From positions 15,936,001 through 16,000,000 of the forward strand of contig NC_087251.1 in NCBI RefSeq assembly GCF_037042905.1: DNA of 64,000 bases, read 5' to 3'. Both the position numbers and the translations under genes were made by a program. The first letter of the stretch is position 1. The number at the start of each line of letters is the position of its first letter. Origin of the DNA: Lytechinus pictus. Its lineage: Eukaryota. Under the pieces are notes generated by a model that was not told the DNA's origin, searched no databases, and was given only the letters and a program-made list of their open reading frames with translations. This document shows, piece after piece, positions 37,758-52,600 of the stretch.

Positions 37758-38629
37758 TTAGTGAAATAAGAAACCAAATGTTTGAGCTCACGATTCGCGC
37801 TCGCAACATCTCGCAAGTATATGCCCCTTTAAATAGTGCCATTTTTTAAACCAAAAAATCGAGTTTTACAACTTCAGATTTGAAAATGTTTCCACTGAAC
37901 CGAAATCACAAGTTCAAAAAGGCTTTGTGATCAACTTTCTACAAAAAAAAACTCTACTACTTCACGCAGATGATAATCTCATATCATGTCCCAGATATAA
38001 GTGCCCTTTTAGTGGCTTTATTTGCCCCCCCCCCAAACGAAAAACGTATGGCCGCCGCCCCTTAACAAGTGCATACAGAACCCCTTCCTTAAACAAATAT
38101 TGGGTAGGAAACGTCGTTACACTTCTGTTACACTTCAATTTAAAAAAAAATATGAAAAAAGGGATTCCCTGTATTATTATACAAATTTCAGTCAACCTGT
38201 AAAATTTTTAATTGCAAGGAGTATCATGACGGCTAGGGAGTTAAATCGGTCCCCAATATGCCTACATATACGTAATGTTGGAGAAAAAACCCGGGAGAAA
38301 AAAATATAAGCCTGTTTAGCTTTTATACACTCTTAAATAAGACCCTATCATGTAAGAATTTGCCACACGAAAAGTATATCCTTTGCCGTTTTTAAAAAGC
38401 ATTTGTTTTTTAAACCTGACTTCACCCTTTGTTCACCTTGTCTCATTTCACCCAGGCTGTATCATACGAAATAACATAATGCTGGGGTGTCACGTAAACT
38501 TGAATATGGAAACATGGTTACAAGGTTCGAATCTTCTAACTGATCTTCTAATGCAAAAATTTCCCATTTCACCCCGCTCTTTAGGCCTATTTTGAGCTGG
38601 AGGACCTTACAATCATGACTATTACAAAG

Positions 38630-40346
38630 GGGGAGGGGGAGCACATTTTCCTGAGGAAAATTTGTCAAGCAAAAAAAAAATAAAGTTTTCACCCAAAATT
38701 TAAGGTCATTTTGTCCACGGAGACACTCTATTCCCGTTTTGTAAATCATGAAAAGGATGAGTGATTGGGGATCTTCCTTATATTAATAATGCGAGCAATT
38801 AAAGCGCGAGCAGATAATTTTCATATTCGTTTAGAACTGATTGAAAAGGTACCTGTTGAGGACATGTTTGCACTTATCCATGAAGACGTTACATATTTCA
38901 ACAATCAAATGTGAGCGCGAAGCGCGAGCTGCAAAATTTTGACATTTCTACATAAAGAATGGAAAATTTTGATCAATTTTTGTAATCGTAAACAGAATAG
39001 CTATCTCAACAATTGATGCGAAGCGCGAGCGGGAAAAAAAAATCGAGATTTAGACCTAAAAAACGGGACACTATTCATGTTTTTTAAATCATGAAAGGAA
39101 TGAGTAATAGGGGATCTTTCTACATTAATAATGCGAGCACAAATTGCAAGCAGAAATTGTTTGATATTGTGATCTGAAATTGGATAATGATTGAAATAGA
39201 GAACAAGTTGAGTATCTGAATAAACATGCACGCGCGTGTTTCATATTTAGACCTAGAATCTAGGCATTCTTATTAAATCTTTTATCATGAAAATCAAAGC
39301 GAGCGCGAGCTTAAACTTTGAGAATCCGATCTGAAAAAAAAAAGATTCATTTCAGCTCTATATTTCAAGCACTTTGTAGGAAAATTGTGAGGTGGACATG
39401 GATCGCACTTAATAAAGAGCTGATATTTTTCATTATTATTACTTTGAGTTTTGACATAGGACCGGGAAATCCTTAGGATATGTCATATGAAAATGACGAC
39501 TATCTTCCTATTCCTCTTGCTAAGCGCGAGATGAAACAAAAGGGACAATTTAATTATTAAATTAATATCTTATTCATTAATGCCTATAATGATCGAGGGG
39601 CGAAATCTGATGATATTATGGCCTGAAAACTGGATATTTCAAGCATTTTTGTAATTATAAATAGGATGCATCAGTTAAAAAATATCATGTTTTAACCATT
39701 AATGTGAGCGCAACTTAATTGCGAGCCATTTTTATTCATAACTGTCATGTAAAGGGGATTTTAAGTAGTTTGTTGTATAATCAATATAGATACATAACTC
39801 GCCAATCAAAATGCGAGCATGCAGCGCTAGCTGATACGTCTTGAAAATCAGACCTAAAAAGGGATATTTTGGAAACTTTTTGGGGCACGAAAATAATACG
39901 TACCTGATAAAATCAAAATTTGCGAGCGCGCAGCGCGAGCAGAATTTATATTCAGACCATAAAACTTAACATTTTTACAGAGCGCTTTTTAAAATTCAAT
40001 TTGTAAATCACACAAAATAATGATAAAGTTCGATTTTCGAGGTGAAATATGTTTTGTATATTCATGACTTCCAAACTTGATATTTAACGTTAAACTAATA
40101 TAGGCCTATATGAAAATCACCTAACAGGCAATGCGAGCCCGAAGCGCGAGCGAAAATGTTATACAACATGAAAGATTTGATTTTCCAAGTCTTTCCTCAT
40201 CTTATTTTATTCACTCGTCTTCCTCCTCTCCTTTCCCTTTTTTTTTCTTTCTTTCCTCTTTTTCTCCCCCCCCCCCTTTTTTTTGCTCCGCCAAATAGGG
40301 GGGGGGTGTTGGGCCCCTCGCCCCCCCCCCCCTGGATCCGCCTATG
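38630..40346 (+). mobile_element. hAT-like MITE of the GCGAGCGCGAAGCGCGAGC family, left end missing or chimeric
   Basis: Colinear with 13.6-15.2 kb. Right terminus CTGGATCCGCCTATG at 40346, about 330 bp upstream of the Aven ATG. Confidence 0.75.
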
Positions 40347-40678
40347 CATGAAAATGCATAAAAGTTAGAGATGTATTGAACTATTCAAATTAAGCCATAT
40401 AATCATGGAATTCCCAATCGAGAGCAAACAATACTATTTCTGTTTGATTATTGTGAAATATCATATAACCGCCGCAGAGAAAAAGAGCGGTGCAAGCAGC
40501 AGCTAGCTACATGTAGGTGGTATGATCAAAGCACTGGACGCGACGTTACATGTAAGGAACGACGTGAAAGCTGAAAACCTATCAAACGCCTTGCTTGCTT
40601 CTAGTTCTATGTTCTAACGTTCTTGTCAAGTTAATAGTGGGTTGCAAGTAAAAGAGAACCTCTGATCGGATTCCAAAG

Positions 40679-43600
40679 ATGAAAAAGGACAAACACAAGG
40701 CCAAAAGAAGTGCAAATTACAAGAAGCAACATGGTATTTCTTCTGCAAAGAATGCGAACAGAACTGGAAAATCGACGACTGCTGCTGAATTCGAAGCAGA
40801 TGCCACACTGCGACATGCAAAGGGATATGGCGTCAAGTCACAAGCAGAATTGATAATAGAAAAACAGGAGGAACAACTGAAACAGGTAGATAGTATAATC
40901 TTGAGTCTAGTATGGGATAGACTGGGCCTTACTATGTAATACAAATTATGGAATAAAATCAAATAAAAAGATTGTAAATTTGTAATTGTCCTGACGTTTT
41001 TCCCGACATCGCCCTCGCTATGAAATATGATGTCCATGGACCATGATATCGTGAGTCTGGACGTGGGGTGGGTGCCATTACCATACCGACGCATGCAATT
41101 CTGATTGCACACAAATCCAATGGGGTTATCACAGTTCTGTTTTCCGGTAATCAGAATTGCACTGAAATGTTACTAAGGCTGAGATATTGATCGTGTGATG
41201 CCAAAACTGGTGCTAGATTAAGTGCTCATAGCTCATGCCCCCGGCCTAATGTTAATCCCATCCCAGGGCCAGGGTAACCAGATTTCACAAAATGAAATCC
41301 GAGACAATCAACAAAAAAGATCGACAAAGAATGCTACACAGTGTGAGACTTGTGAAAAATATATAGAATTGGAAGGGATGCGATGGTGAACGAAAGAATG
41401 AAGGAGAGAAAGAAAAAAGATGAATTGAGAAGAAAGAAAGAAAAATGAAGGAAAAAATAAAAGAAGGATGAAATAAAGTATAAAAGAGAGAAAAATAGGT
41501 TTCTGTCTTTTGAAATGAATCTAGAAAGAAAGAAAAGGAAAGGGAGGGAAGATTGATAAATGTGCAAAAGACAAAGGAGAGAAAAAAAAAAAGGAGGAAA
41601 GAAAGAATGAAGGAAAGAAAAATGTTTCCTTCATTCTTTTAAAGAAAGAAACAAAGGGAAAGAAAGAATAAGGGAAAACAATCGGAAGGAAAAAATAAGA
41701 TAAAGAATGAAAGAAAGAAGGAAAAGAGAAGATGGAAGGAGAGAAAGAACGAAAAGAAGAGGAAGGGAGAAGGATGCAAAGAAAAGTTTAAGGAAAGAAC
41801 TTCAAGAATGAAGGAAATAAAAAAAGGAAATTTAATAAAGAAGAGAAAGAAAAATGAACATAGAGAGAACGGTTCAGGGGAAAAATAGGAAATAAAGATA
41901 GATGGAACAAAAAAGGGCAAGCAGGAAGGATAGAAAAGAAAGAAAGAGGAAAAAAAAGTTAAAACTTTTAGCAAACAAAAAAGTCCAATCTAACAAAAAT
42001 CATAATGATATTTGGTGTTTTTTTATTATATTTTTAGAAGAAAAAAAATCTCCAAATCAGTACCGGGGTAATATGAGAATCCATAATTTATAATTATAAA
42101 AATTTTCCGCCAATTTTGTGATTATTTTGGTGGAAAAACTGTTTATCATGTGAATTGTTTGCACCATTGAGAATCTGCTCCGATCCTATATGCCTAGCTA
42201 GTATAGCCTGCCACACACAGGCAGGAGGCCAGTTCGTTTGCAATGTATTGGAATTGGGTTAGCAAGAAAATCACTGCAGAACTTGCAAAAGTTTCCATTT
42301 ATCGATTTTTTTTGTCTCTGTTCGTCATCCGTTGGTTATTTGATGAAAATTCGCCACTTTTAAATGTATTAACTACATTTTGTTCAATATTCTGAAATAC
42401 GGGACAAATAAGCATCCCGGGAAGGGTTTGTCAGGACTCCGGGACAAAGGAGCAAAATACGGGACAATCCCGGCAAATACGGGATGTCTGGTTAATCATG
42501 GGTACTACATGTACGTCGATCTGTGCACAGGTACGGTACCTGTTGTCGATCTAGTCTAGATCTACAGCTGCGCAATTCTATTTCTGATGGTAAGGTAATG
42601 TACATAGTATAAACCAAAGTCACACAACAACTTCAAACCTAACTACATTTCAATGCATACCGGTAGATTGTCATTAACAAAAATCCACATCGAAATGGTG
42701 AAGATAATTTCAGGAATTTCATTCAAAGGCCTCAAATTTATGTTTTTTTGTCTCGCCTGAATGTACAACTAAACTAGAGACTTTGTAATCACTTTTCCTG
42801 GTGGTCTGTCTGTCTGTCTGTGACAGTCTTACTTTATAGTCTGCTCCAAAATGTTAAAGGTGCTCTCATTTCTTTATTTCTGCATCAATTTAGTTCATAC
42901 TTGGTACATAATCCTTGGGTAATATCACATGTGTGTCCGTGAGGGTGATGGGTCAAAGGTCATATGGGGGTCAAATGACATAAGGTCATGTCTGTTCCAA
43001 AAATGTTAAAGTTTTTGTTCAACTTGCTTTTATTTTTTTTTCTGCATCAGTTACCGGTATGTTGACACTTGGTTCATATGATCATTGGGTAATACCACAT
43101 GTGCATCCATGAGGCTGATGGGGTCAAAGTTTATCTATGGGTCAAAAAGTTAAGTTTTTTATCAAATTGCTCTCATTTCTTTATTTTTACATCAATTGTG
43201 TTTACACTTGGTACAAATAACCATTGGGTATTAAATACCACACATTTGTGTCCATGAGGATTGATCAGGTCAAAAGATCATATTGCATATTTTAGCGATT
43301 GCGATATCAGGTGAGACTTGTGGTTCGTGGACCACCTTGTTTATCTAAATGTACCTACATGTAAACCAGTGACAGTTTGCTCGAAATGTTTAATTTTGAA
43401 CATATATGCTTGTGAGGCCTGATCATGGAATTTGATAAATGAATCTTGCTAACTTTTTTGTCATTAAAAAAAAAAATTGTTTGAAGAAATTAATTTAGCC
43501 ATGGCAAAGGCAGATTAATAAATATGATGAATACGGTACCTGTAATATGAACTTACTGCAAAATATCAAAACAATTTCCATTAAATCAAGTGATGAGATA

Positions 43601-46600
43601 AGCAAACTATTGTCCAAAGTTTCAAACATTGCCAAACTCACATGGCGATATTCACACACACACACAAACATTTCCTTCATACTTACCCTACATGTGTATC
43701 TTGCCAAATACTGTCCTTTCATTTTCAAATAAGATAGCTTAGTTTGGTCTAGTGCTGTAGCCGAACCGCCGAACCGAACGGTAGTTCGCCGAACATGGCA
43801 CTTCCGAACCGAACAGAACCGAACCGAACACTAAGACTTGGTTCGGAAGTTCGGCAAAAAAAAAAAAAAACGGCTTTCAGCTAATAAATTTATAAGTTTA
43901 CACCCTTTCTAATCATTATATTTGCGCATTCTCTATTTAATATTCTTTGCAATTGTATGTTGGAAGTATGCGCTTATTTTGCGGTTACTAGATTTTGTTT
44001 TCATTTTCATGTTGACATTGTGGTTTTTACGGCCCTGATTAAGAAAGGAGATCCGATGAATGATGTTGCGCGAGCTTGCGCTATAATCATTTTACTGGCT
44101 TTCATCATCTCTCCCTCTGTGGCCGAATCGATCGCCGAAGCATGGTAAAGAAAACCAAAACTGTATGAGTGTTCATTGGTTAAATCTAATTATCTTAAAT
44201 ATTGTTGTTTTTAGGTGGCGAACAAGATTCTTGTTTGAAAATCTTCAAAGTATTTTGAATGAACGAGCTCAATAAACTGAAAGTGAAAGATGAAGTACCA
44301 TTAATATTACGAATTACGATACGATGTGATTAAGATCGTAACTCGTGTATTGTTGCGGCGGAGAATAAAGATCTGATTGAGGTGATTGACATTATTATTG
44401 AGGTGTCGGCTCGCTACTGTCTAGTTTTCATGATTTTAGAGAGAAGTAAAGAGTTTTTGAAAACGAGAGATCCAGTGAAAGTGGGAAATAAAGTGAGTGA
44501 CTGTTAGAGATGGAAAGGAGAGACGCAAAACAAATAATATAGAAATGAGATGAGGTGAAGTTATCTTTTTTATTATTAACAATCAGATGAAAATAAAAAT
44601 CAAACACTCATGAATGATTACGGTATAGCATATAGCAAGATCCCCTTCCCCTCGTTGACAAGTTGAATGAAGATAAAGCCATGCGGAAACATTCATCTCT
44701 TGGGGAAAATGACCCCCAATCTTTACTTTTTTTTTCCTTTCTTATCAACTTCATCACTCTACTCCCCCTGTCCCATTACAGTCGTAAAACTTTGCATCCC
44801 ACTTGGTCTGTATGTTCACGGTCGAATGAAATCTGACCTATGAAATCATAGAAATCTCGGGAATTGCTCTTCAATCAGTGAGCTGAGTTTCGCGAGCAGA
44901 CAAAGCACGTGGCCGGCTGTATGTACCGATGCGACAATCAGCGACATGCGATTGGTGGTTTAGTTCACCCATCGAGCCAATTAGCGAAAGGCGCATTACA
45001 TAAGCTTGCTTTCTTCGACACGCCCCTGGCCCTACTATGCCTACAGTTCAGTGCACTGGCGCTGGCCGCCTCGTGTGTGATGCAATTGCCAATCACGTTT
45101 GGCCGGACTGTATATATAAATATTCATGAGCTCAGAGTCCCGCTACAAGGGGACTGCATGAGCTGGCCTAGCTGGTATAGGTACGAGTGCGAGCGTAGTT
45201 AATTTGGCAAGTATCCAAAGTGTGGTCCAGGTATGGACGACTAGGAAGAGTCGCCATTTTAGAACTGCGAGTTACCCAATAAATCTGTCATCAGATAATC
45301 AAATTCGAGATAACAGTTGATTCGTTGAGCGCTATAACTTTCATAGTTTCATGTCAACAAGATAGAGATAAAATGGTTTGATGTGACAGAGGTACACGCG
45401 AGCACATGCAGTCAATCAAGTACAAATTGTCTACCGGTACGCTACGTATACCTGAATGAACTATAGCTTTATCAGTCTATCATTACCGAACCCCGAACAG
45501 AACCAATGTTCGGCAAATTTCTGCCGAACCTTGCCGAACCGAACCGAACCCGAACATGGCGCCTGACTTGCAGCACTAGTTTGGTCTTTGTCTTTTGTAT
45601 ACACCTTCATTACAATCACTGTGATTTGGACTCTCTACCATACACCTCCAGATAACAGTGTTATGCATTCCAATATTTGAATCATTGCCATTTGTCATAT
45701 AACAATTTTTTTTTTCGTTTCAGTATTCAAGAAGAAAGGTTGAAAGCAACTGGGAAAAATATGAAGATTTTGTTGTTGATCCTGACACAGAGGCAGAGAA
45801 AGTCCGTTCAGAACCAAGGGGGGAAGACTTTCAAAAGCTTTTATCCAGATCAGGTGAGATGAATTGTTATTGACCATTATGTTTATAAGCCATACTGATA
45901 GATGTATCTTTAGAGACTCTGAAATCAGGGTGGCGTTAAATGAGATAACAAATTTGATCCTGTTTAATTTAGGGGGGATGAATTTCCTGTGTCCCTGATC
46001 AAAATTTTATCAGGTTTGTATTTTATTTACATGTAGATGCTGTTAACAGCAAGAATGTTAATGTATGAAAATTGTATGTCATATTGTCAACTTACGCAGA
46101 CGAATAAAATGATGACCTGTGACCTGTCACCCAAGTATAGGTCATCATTCATGTGTGAAGTCCTGCTCCTGCATAAATGAACATTGTGATACGCCTTCAT
46201 GGTCATTCTACAATCTACAATGTACATTTAAGCACCTTTTCAGAAGTTCAATTGCTGTGTGTGTGTGTGTGTGCATGCCAATAGTCAACATGATTTAGCA
46301 GTATATAATGATAAGAATGAATTAAAGAACGCAAAATATTAATTTTGTTTACATAAGTTTTTAAGGTACATTTTGATTAAGACAAAAACAGTCCTTAGAT
46401 GCAAATACAAGAATGGCATTTTTTTGCTCCTTTTCTCTTGCAACTCTTACTCATAGAGTCATAGTACCAAAGAAACATTATCTCATATTCTGATACATGT
46501 AGTTTGCATTACTGTAAACAAATACTTCCCCCACAACCCTAATCCTAGTATAAATCCCTGTTTATTAAAAGTAAACAAAAATTAACATGACCAGTCTGAT

Positions 46601-49600
46601 TGTCATAGTGGTATGTGTCATCCTAAATATTACAATACCATATACATGTACCTTTCACTCACATACTGGTAGATTTGCATCTAGATAGAAATGCATAGAT
46701 GCTTTAATTATGTTATGCATAGTTTGTTTAGACAAATGTTGTTCTTGATAATTCCAGAGTTTACCAGAGGTTTGTTAGGTATAAAGATAAATAATGTACA
46801 TGTATGTGCAAACTGGATTCCAATTTATTAATTACTAAAATTTTAAAAGAGTACTTTGTTATAGGGGTCCCAGGGAAGAAAATAATTACAATTTACTAAC
46901 CATTTTTGTCTCACCTGCATAGCAGAGTGAGACTATAGGTGCCGCTTTTCCGACGGCGGCGGCGGCGTCAACACCAAATCTTAACCTGAGGTTAAGTTTT
47001 TGAAATGACAGCATAACTTAGAAAGTATATGGACCTAGTTCATGAAACTTGGCCATAAGGTTAATCAAGTATTACTGAACATCCTGCCTGAGTTTCATGT
47101 CACATGACCAAGGTCAAAGGTCATTTAGGGTCAATGAACTTAGACCATGTTGGGGGAATCAACATCAAAATCTTAACCTAAGGTTAAGTTTTTGAAATGT
47201 CATCATAACTTAGAAAATATATGGACCTAGTTCATGAAACTTATACATAAGGTTAATCAAGTATCACTGAACATCCTGCATGAGTTTCATGTCACATGAC
47301 CAAGGTCAAAGGTCATTTAGGGTCAATGAACTTTGGCCGAATTGGGGGTATCTGTTGAATTACCATCATAACTTTGAAAGTTTATGGATCTGATTCATGA
47401 AACTTGGACATAATAGTAATCAAGTATTACTGAACATCCTGTGCAAGTTTCAGGTCACATGATCAAGGTCAAAGGTCATTTAAGGTCAATGAACTTTGGC
47501 CAAATTGGGGTATTTGTTGAATTACAGCCATAAATTTGAAAGTGTGTTGGTCTAGTTCATAAAACTTGGACATAATAGTAATCAAGTATCACTGAACATC
47601 CTGTGCGAGTTTCAGGTCACATGATCAAGGTCAAAGGTCATGTAAGGTCAAAGAACTTTGGCCACGTTGGGGGTATTTGTTGAATTGCCATCATATCTCT
47701 ATAAGTGTATTGGTCTAGTTCATAAAACGTGGAAATAAGAGTAACTAAGTATCACTGAACATCTTGTGCGAGTTATAGTAGTTTTCAAAATCAGCACTGC
47801 TGCTATATTGAATCGGGTGATGCAGGTGAGACGGCCAGAGGCATTCCACTTGTTTTTATTGTTGACTCAGTAATTCTAAACTATTCAATAACTATTTAAA
47901 GCCACACAAGTACCAACTCCCTCTTCAAATGGAAATTACTAAGGTTCCATCTGGGCACCTACATTATACTCCATAGAATCAGTGGGATATTTGGACATAT
48001 GTCTTGCTTCATTAGTTTAGGTGCTGCTGAAAGTTGATGGCAACAATCCTGTCTGGTCTAGAGATTCAAGTTGATCAGGAATTCTTCAAGGAGCCACTTA
48101 ATACCCAGAAGTAAACCACCAAACCTGAAAAGAACATAAGGCCCGTTTTTCAACATGATATCATCTGAAGGCTTGTTTCCAAGAGAAGTCAGGTACCCCT
48201 GGAAAAAAAGGCCAGAAGATGGCACAAACGATCAATGATGATTACTCAGATTACATGTCAGAATGCTGGAGCTTCTGTCCTCCGATTATTGGCCTAGATT
48301 ATTCAACACAGGATCAGAATATTTTGCAATGATTGCTGTAGCTGATCAACTCCCAATGTGTGAAAACCATGATGTATAAGCGGGTTGCCAGCAGCAATGC
48401 AAGCACTATGTCACCTTGCCCTCCAGCATCGTCTAAACACCTGGCAGAGCTCTATCCAATGAGCCGTGAGAGGATACATTGGTGACATCTGAAGCCAGAA
48501 ATGGTAATCAAGCATTAAATATCAAAAGAAGTACTCCTCGTTGAAGAGTTGAGTATGCACCTGCTCAAGGTCACAAGAATGAAGGGAAAAAGTACCATGG
48601 GTGGCTCAATCACAACAAAAAATACAGATCATCTACTGGATATGATGGCCCATTGGTGAGATCTGTCAGCTAATTAATAGACTTCCTGATGCCACACACT
48701 GCTTTACAGTTTTGATGAGAGCATGTTCAACAATTAGTTCAGAAGAAACAGGATAGGCCTACTTCTCAACAACGAAGGTCATGGAAGACATCGGAAGCTG
48801 ATCATCACGGTATGAAATAATAGTCTAAGCTGCATTTTCAAGGGACTTGATTTTGTTGGATTTATCACTTGATGGAAGGAAAAGTAACCACATGATAAAG
48901 GCAGCATACCTGTACCTGTTCTACTCATACTGTACCTTGGATAATTGATATGTCTATAAGTTTATCAATTGAGACAAAGTAATTCAGCATCCCATGTTTC
49001 TTTTGTCTTTGTGGTAAAAAAAGCTCTTAAGACTTTGATTTTGTATTTTGTATATGGCCATGTGTTTATATCTGGATGCTTTTGTTAACCCCCCAAAAAA
49101 CATTGACCAAATGGAGAGGTAGGTATTATGACGTTGGTAATTTGGTATTATTTGAAGAATTTTGAGAATTTCATTCTCTATCAAATCTTGTATTATTAAA
49201 CATCATTTTGGTGTAACACAGAAGAGGTCCTAGTTAAAAATGCATGGCCATATATGTTGTAAATTGTGAATGTACCCATTATGTAATATTAGAGCACTTT
49301 CTATGTTATTTAGTCGCATTGAATTAATGCTCACTTCTGTTATCCATTAATTGTGTTTTTGACAGATGATGCTTCGTCTCAGCTTCGAATGAAGGATGAA
49401 GTATGGTGGGATGAAGATGATCAAGATGATGAAACTGAGGTTTGTATTACATAAATGATACGATTATTGAACGTAACTCTTAACCCTATCTAGGCCGGGG
49501 TATTTTTGGAGTTTATATGGCCAGGGGGGGGGGGGGGCCTCCCCCCTTGAGATCTCGGCCGTCGACCAAGCGATCGCGCCGAAAATTGGCATGCGGTTTG

Positions 49601-52600
49601 TCTAGGACATAATATACAAAATTGCATAGTAATTTATTTCATACGAATTGCTATTAAATGATTATACTAATTTATGCGTAATTAGTATGCGAAATCATAC
49701 TTTTTCCTCTAACTCCCTAAATAAAGCTCCAAATGTTCTAATTTTTAGTATAGAAACTCTTTGTGGTGTTATTAGCAAGTGTACATGAACAAAATTGTGA
49801 TATCAAATAATTTTCTTATGTATTATATTGTTTTTTGCAATTTCTTATGTATTTCTTTGTTTTTTTTACCTTTTGTTTTTCATTGATTTTTCAATGAAAT
49901 TTGTTAAGGACTCTACTGAGATCATAAAAAGCATAAAATAAATTATACATTTAGACCAGCAAAACAATAATCATACATTTATGATTTTTGGTTGAAAACA
50001 CAATTTGCATTGACTTTGTACACAAAATCACGTGTTTCAGCAATTTTTGGTCTGACATGCACTTACATAATGTTGCGTAATTTCGGAACCACGTACCCTG
50101 GTGACGCAAAATTGGTCTCAAAAGTTGCGCAAGACTTCCGGATGTTTTCGGGATATTAGGTTTACGAGGGTGACATTCTGACAATGTATCATGATTATGT
50201 AATATTGGTGGGCATAGAATACATACAGGTGCAAGTTTGAAAGTTTGATGGAATTCTACACACACTGGACCTCACAGTTTTACAGAGTCAGTAAAACACG
50301 CCTTATCAATCCACTTGTTATCTTTTTACAAAATCTTAATTTTGAAAGGGTATTTTCGCTGGTAGCAAAAATCAACCTAGGTTATATAGAACATCATATT
50401 TTGTATTTCACTTAATTGTTAACATGGTTCCATCTTTACTTTAAAGATAATGAATTGGAATTGTATTGTTATTTTAATGCAGGAGTAGAAAAGTCAATTT
50501 AGAGAGATGAACAACTTTTGCATCTATTCTATTCGATTCTTCCATTGTTAACGTGAAATGTTTGTTAATTTTTTTGTTTTATCAATACTAATTCTATATT
50601 GATTTTTTTAATACAGACTGAAATTGGGAAGCTGTTTAAGATTAACTATGTGGATTTATCACGGCGTCTTAAATGCATCCCTCTCCATGAGCGTCTTGGA
50701 ATATCTACTAAATATTTTGATGTAAGTGCATTAATTAACTTTTTGCTCTCTTTGTTCGACTAGAGTCACATACAGCAGACTGTTAAGTTCGACTTAAGTC
50801 ACATTCTAATCGCAATGTACACGGAGTGCATTAAGTCTATTGTTCATACTCACATACACAATAGTGATGTGAGCATTGCATTGTACACACAAAGCTTTTC
50901 TTTACAATAAACTATCAAAAGCTAATGTGAGCTGAATTAGCATAGTCCTTGCTAAACCCCTCTTACATGTAAGTTGCACATTGAAATTAATGTGGTGCAG
51001 GATTGATTCTGTATGTGGCGGGCAAAGAGTTAAAAATGAGAGACATGGATACAGCTTTGCATTATTAAAGTGTAACTATGATAGTGTGTTGAATGAGTGA
51101 AAAGATTGTTTTAAATCAAATCTCCTCTGAAATGTCATGACATTGGCATCATGTTCAATTGCTTAACTTGGAAGAAAAAAAAAAGTGTTGCATTGTCAGA
51201 CTGTATTTCACTACTTTCAGGTTAGATGTAGGTCTCTTGACAAATTTATGGGTGACTTTGCCTTAGTCAACAGAAATCTGTTGGACTTATAAAAGGTGAA
51301 TGATATGCTTGGTACAATCTGGTCTAAAGACTTACTTCATAATTGGATGATTTTTTTTTTAAATAGAGAAGCTTGACTTTATACATGGATGCAGAAATAA
51401 GTGTAATTTTACTTTTTTTTTGCATCCTTTAGAGTTTAGAAACAGACACCTATTGTGGCGGCAACTGAGCAGGAAAATTAAGTATTTTCATGAGGGAAAC
51501 GTGTAGAATCAAAACCTGAAAGGGATTGAAATCTGCATGGTCAAATTAGCTATTATTGTCTCATGGTCAAGTTTCTTCATCTATTCACTTCTGGGACATT
51601 TTGCTTTTATATAGTACAAATGCACTATGCTACATTGATATTCTTTGTTTTAGCATTGAGATACAGAAAGGTTATTCAATTAGAAGTGACCGTGGGTCAA
51701 GGAAACCTCTTGTCCCAAATGTGTGGGATTCTAAAAAGGAAGACTGCATACCTGAATTTATCCCATCTTGATTTACTCATTTGATTTTCTGTTGTACATT
51801 TCCAGGAAGATTTACTCAATAAAATAAATGAGGATGCGGCAGAGCATACAAAGAGGTATCAAGAAATGTTGGATGCAGAGAAAGCTCAAGAACTGAACAA
51901 CCCTCAAGAATCTGAAATTCCTACCCCATCAGATACTGTTGCTGATCTATCATCAAGAGAACTAATGACAGAGCCAACTGTTGGTGCATGTATTGATAGT
52001 TGTGAAGCAAACAAACTGCATGAAGTGACGGATGAACAATGTATTGAGCAATCAAGTGATGTTACTTTAAGAACTAATAGTGATACAGAACATTGTACTA
52101 AAGATGTAAAACAGACAGACTCACAAGCCGCTGTTAGGTTGTCGAATTCTGCTGTAAGTCCGAGCTCTAGGAGTCATATTGATTCAGGATCACTTGTGAC
52201 CTCCAGCGATAGGTCAACAAAATCTGCTGATGTTAAAGGCAAGGAGAAAAGATATTTGTTTTTTAAATCCCCCACTAGTTTGTGATGTAGCGTATGTACA
52301 CTTGTTGTTTTATGCAGTCACTTCATTATCAATTTTGGAAAGTAGCTTGTAAAATCTGCATTTGCAGGTTGCTATATTTTTTTTCACCATTTGCCCTGAC
52401 TAGTATTTCTTATGTGTACTTGAACAAAATATAATTGAAGTTATCAACCAAAATTAATTAATTTTTTCTTGACTGGTTTCCATGCTTTGCGATTGGTCTC
52501 CTTTGGGTAATTTCTGGTCCCACATATAGACATTTGTGTCCAGTTTTAAAAACTCTTCATTAAACGGAAAAGTAGATAACCTTGATATTACAGCACTAAT

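Noticed and set aside
41334..42093. Phe/Leu/Ser-rich 'membrane protein' ORFs
   Set aside because: Antisense translation of a purine-rich low-complexity tract; the same applies to 56965-57294 and 58124-58572.
50860..50940. Intronic C/D-box snoRNA candidate (GTGATGT...CTGA) in Aven intron 4
   Set aside because: The C box is imperfect, the terminal stem is minimal and I could not identify an rRNA-complementary guide.
51556..51784. Extra Aven exon from overlapping 71/73-aa ORFs
   Set aside because: Exons 4 and 5 already join in phase. These ORFs end in stops with no suitable donor and no Aven similarity.
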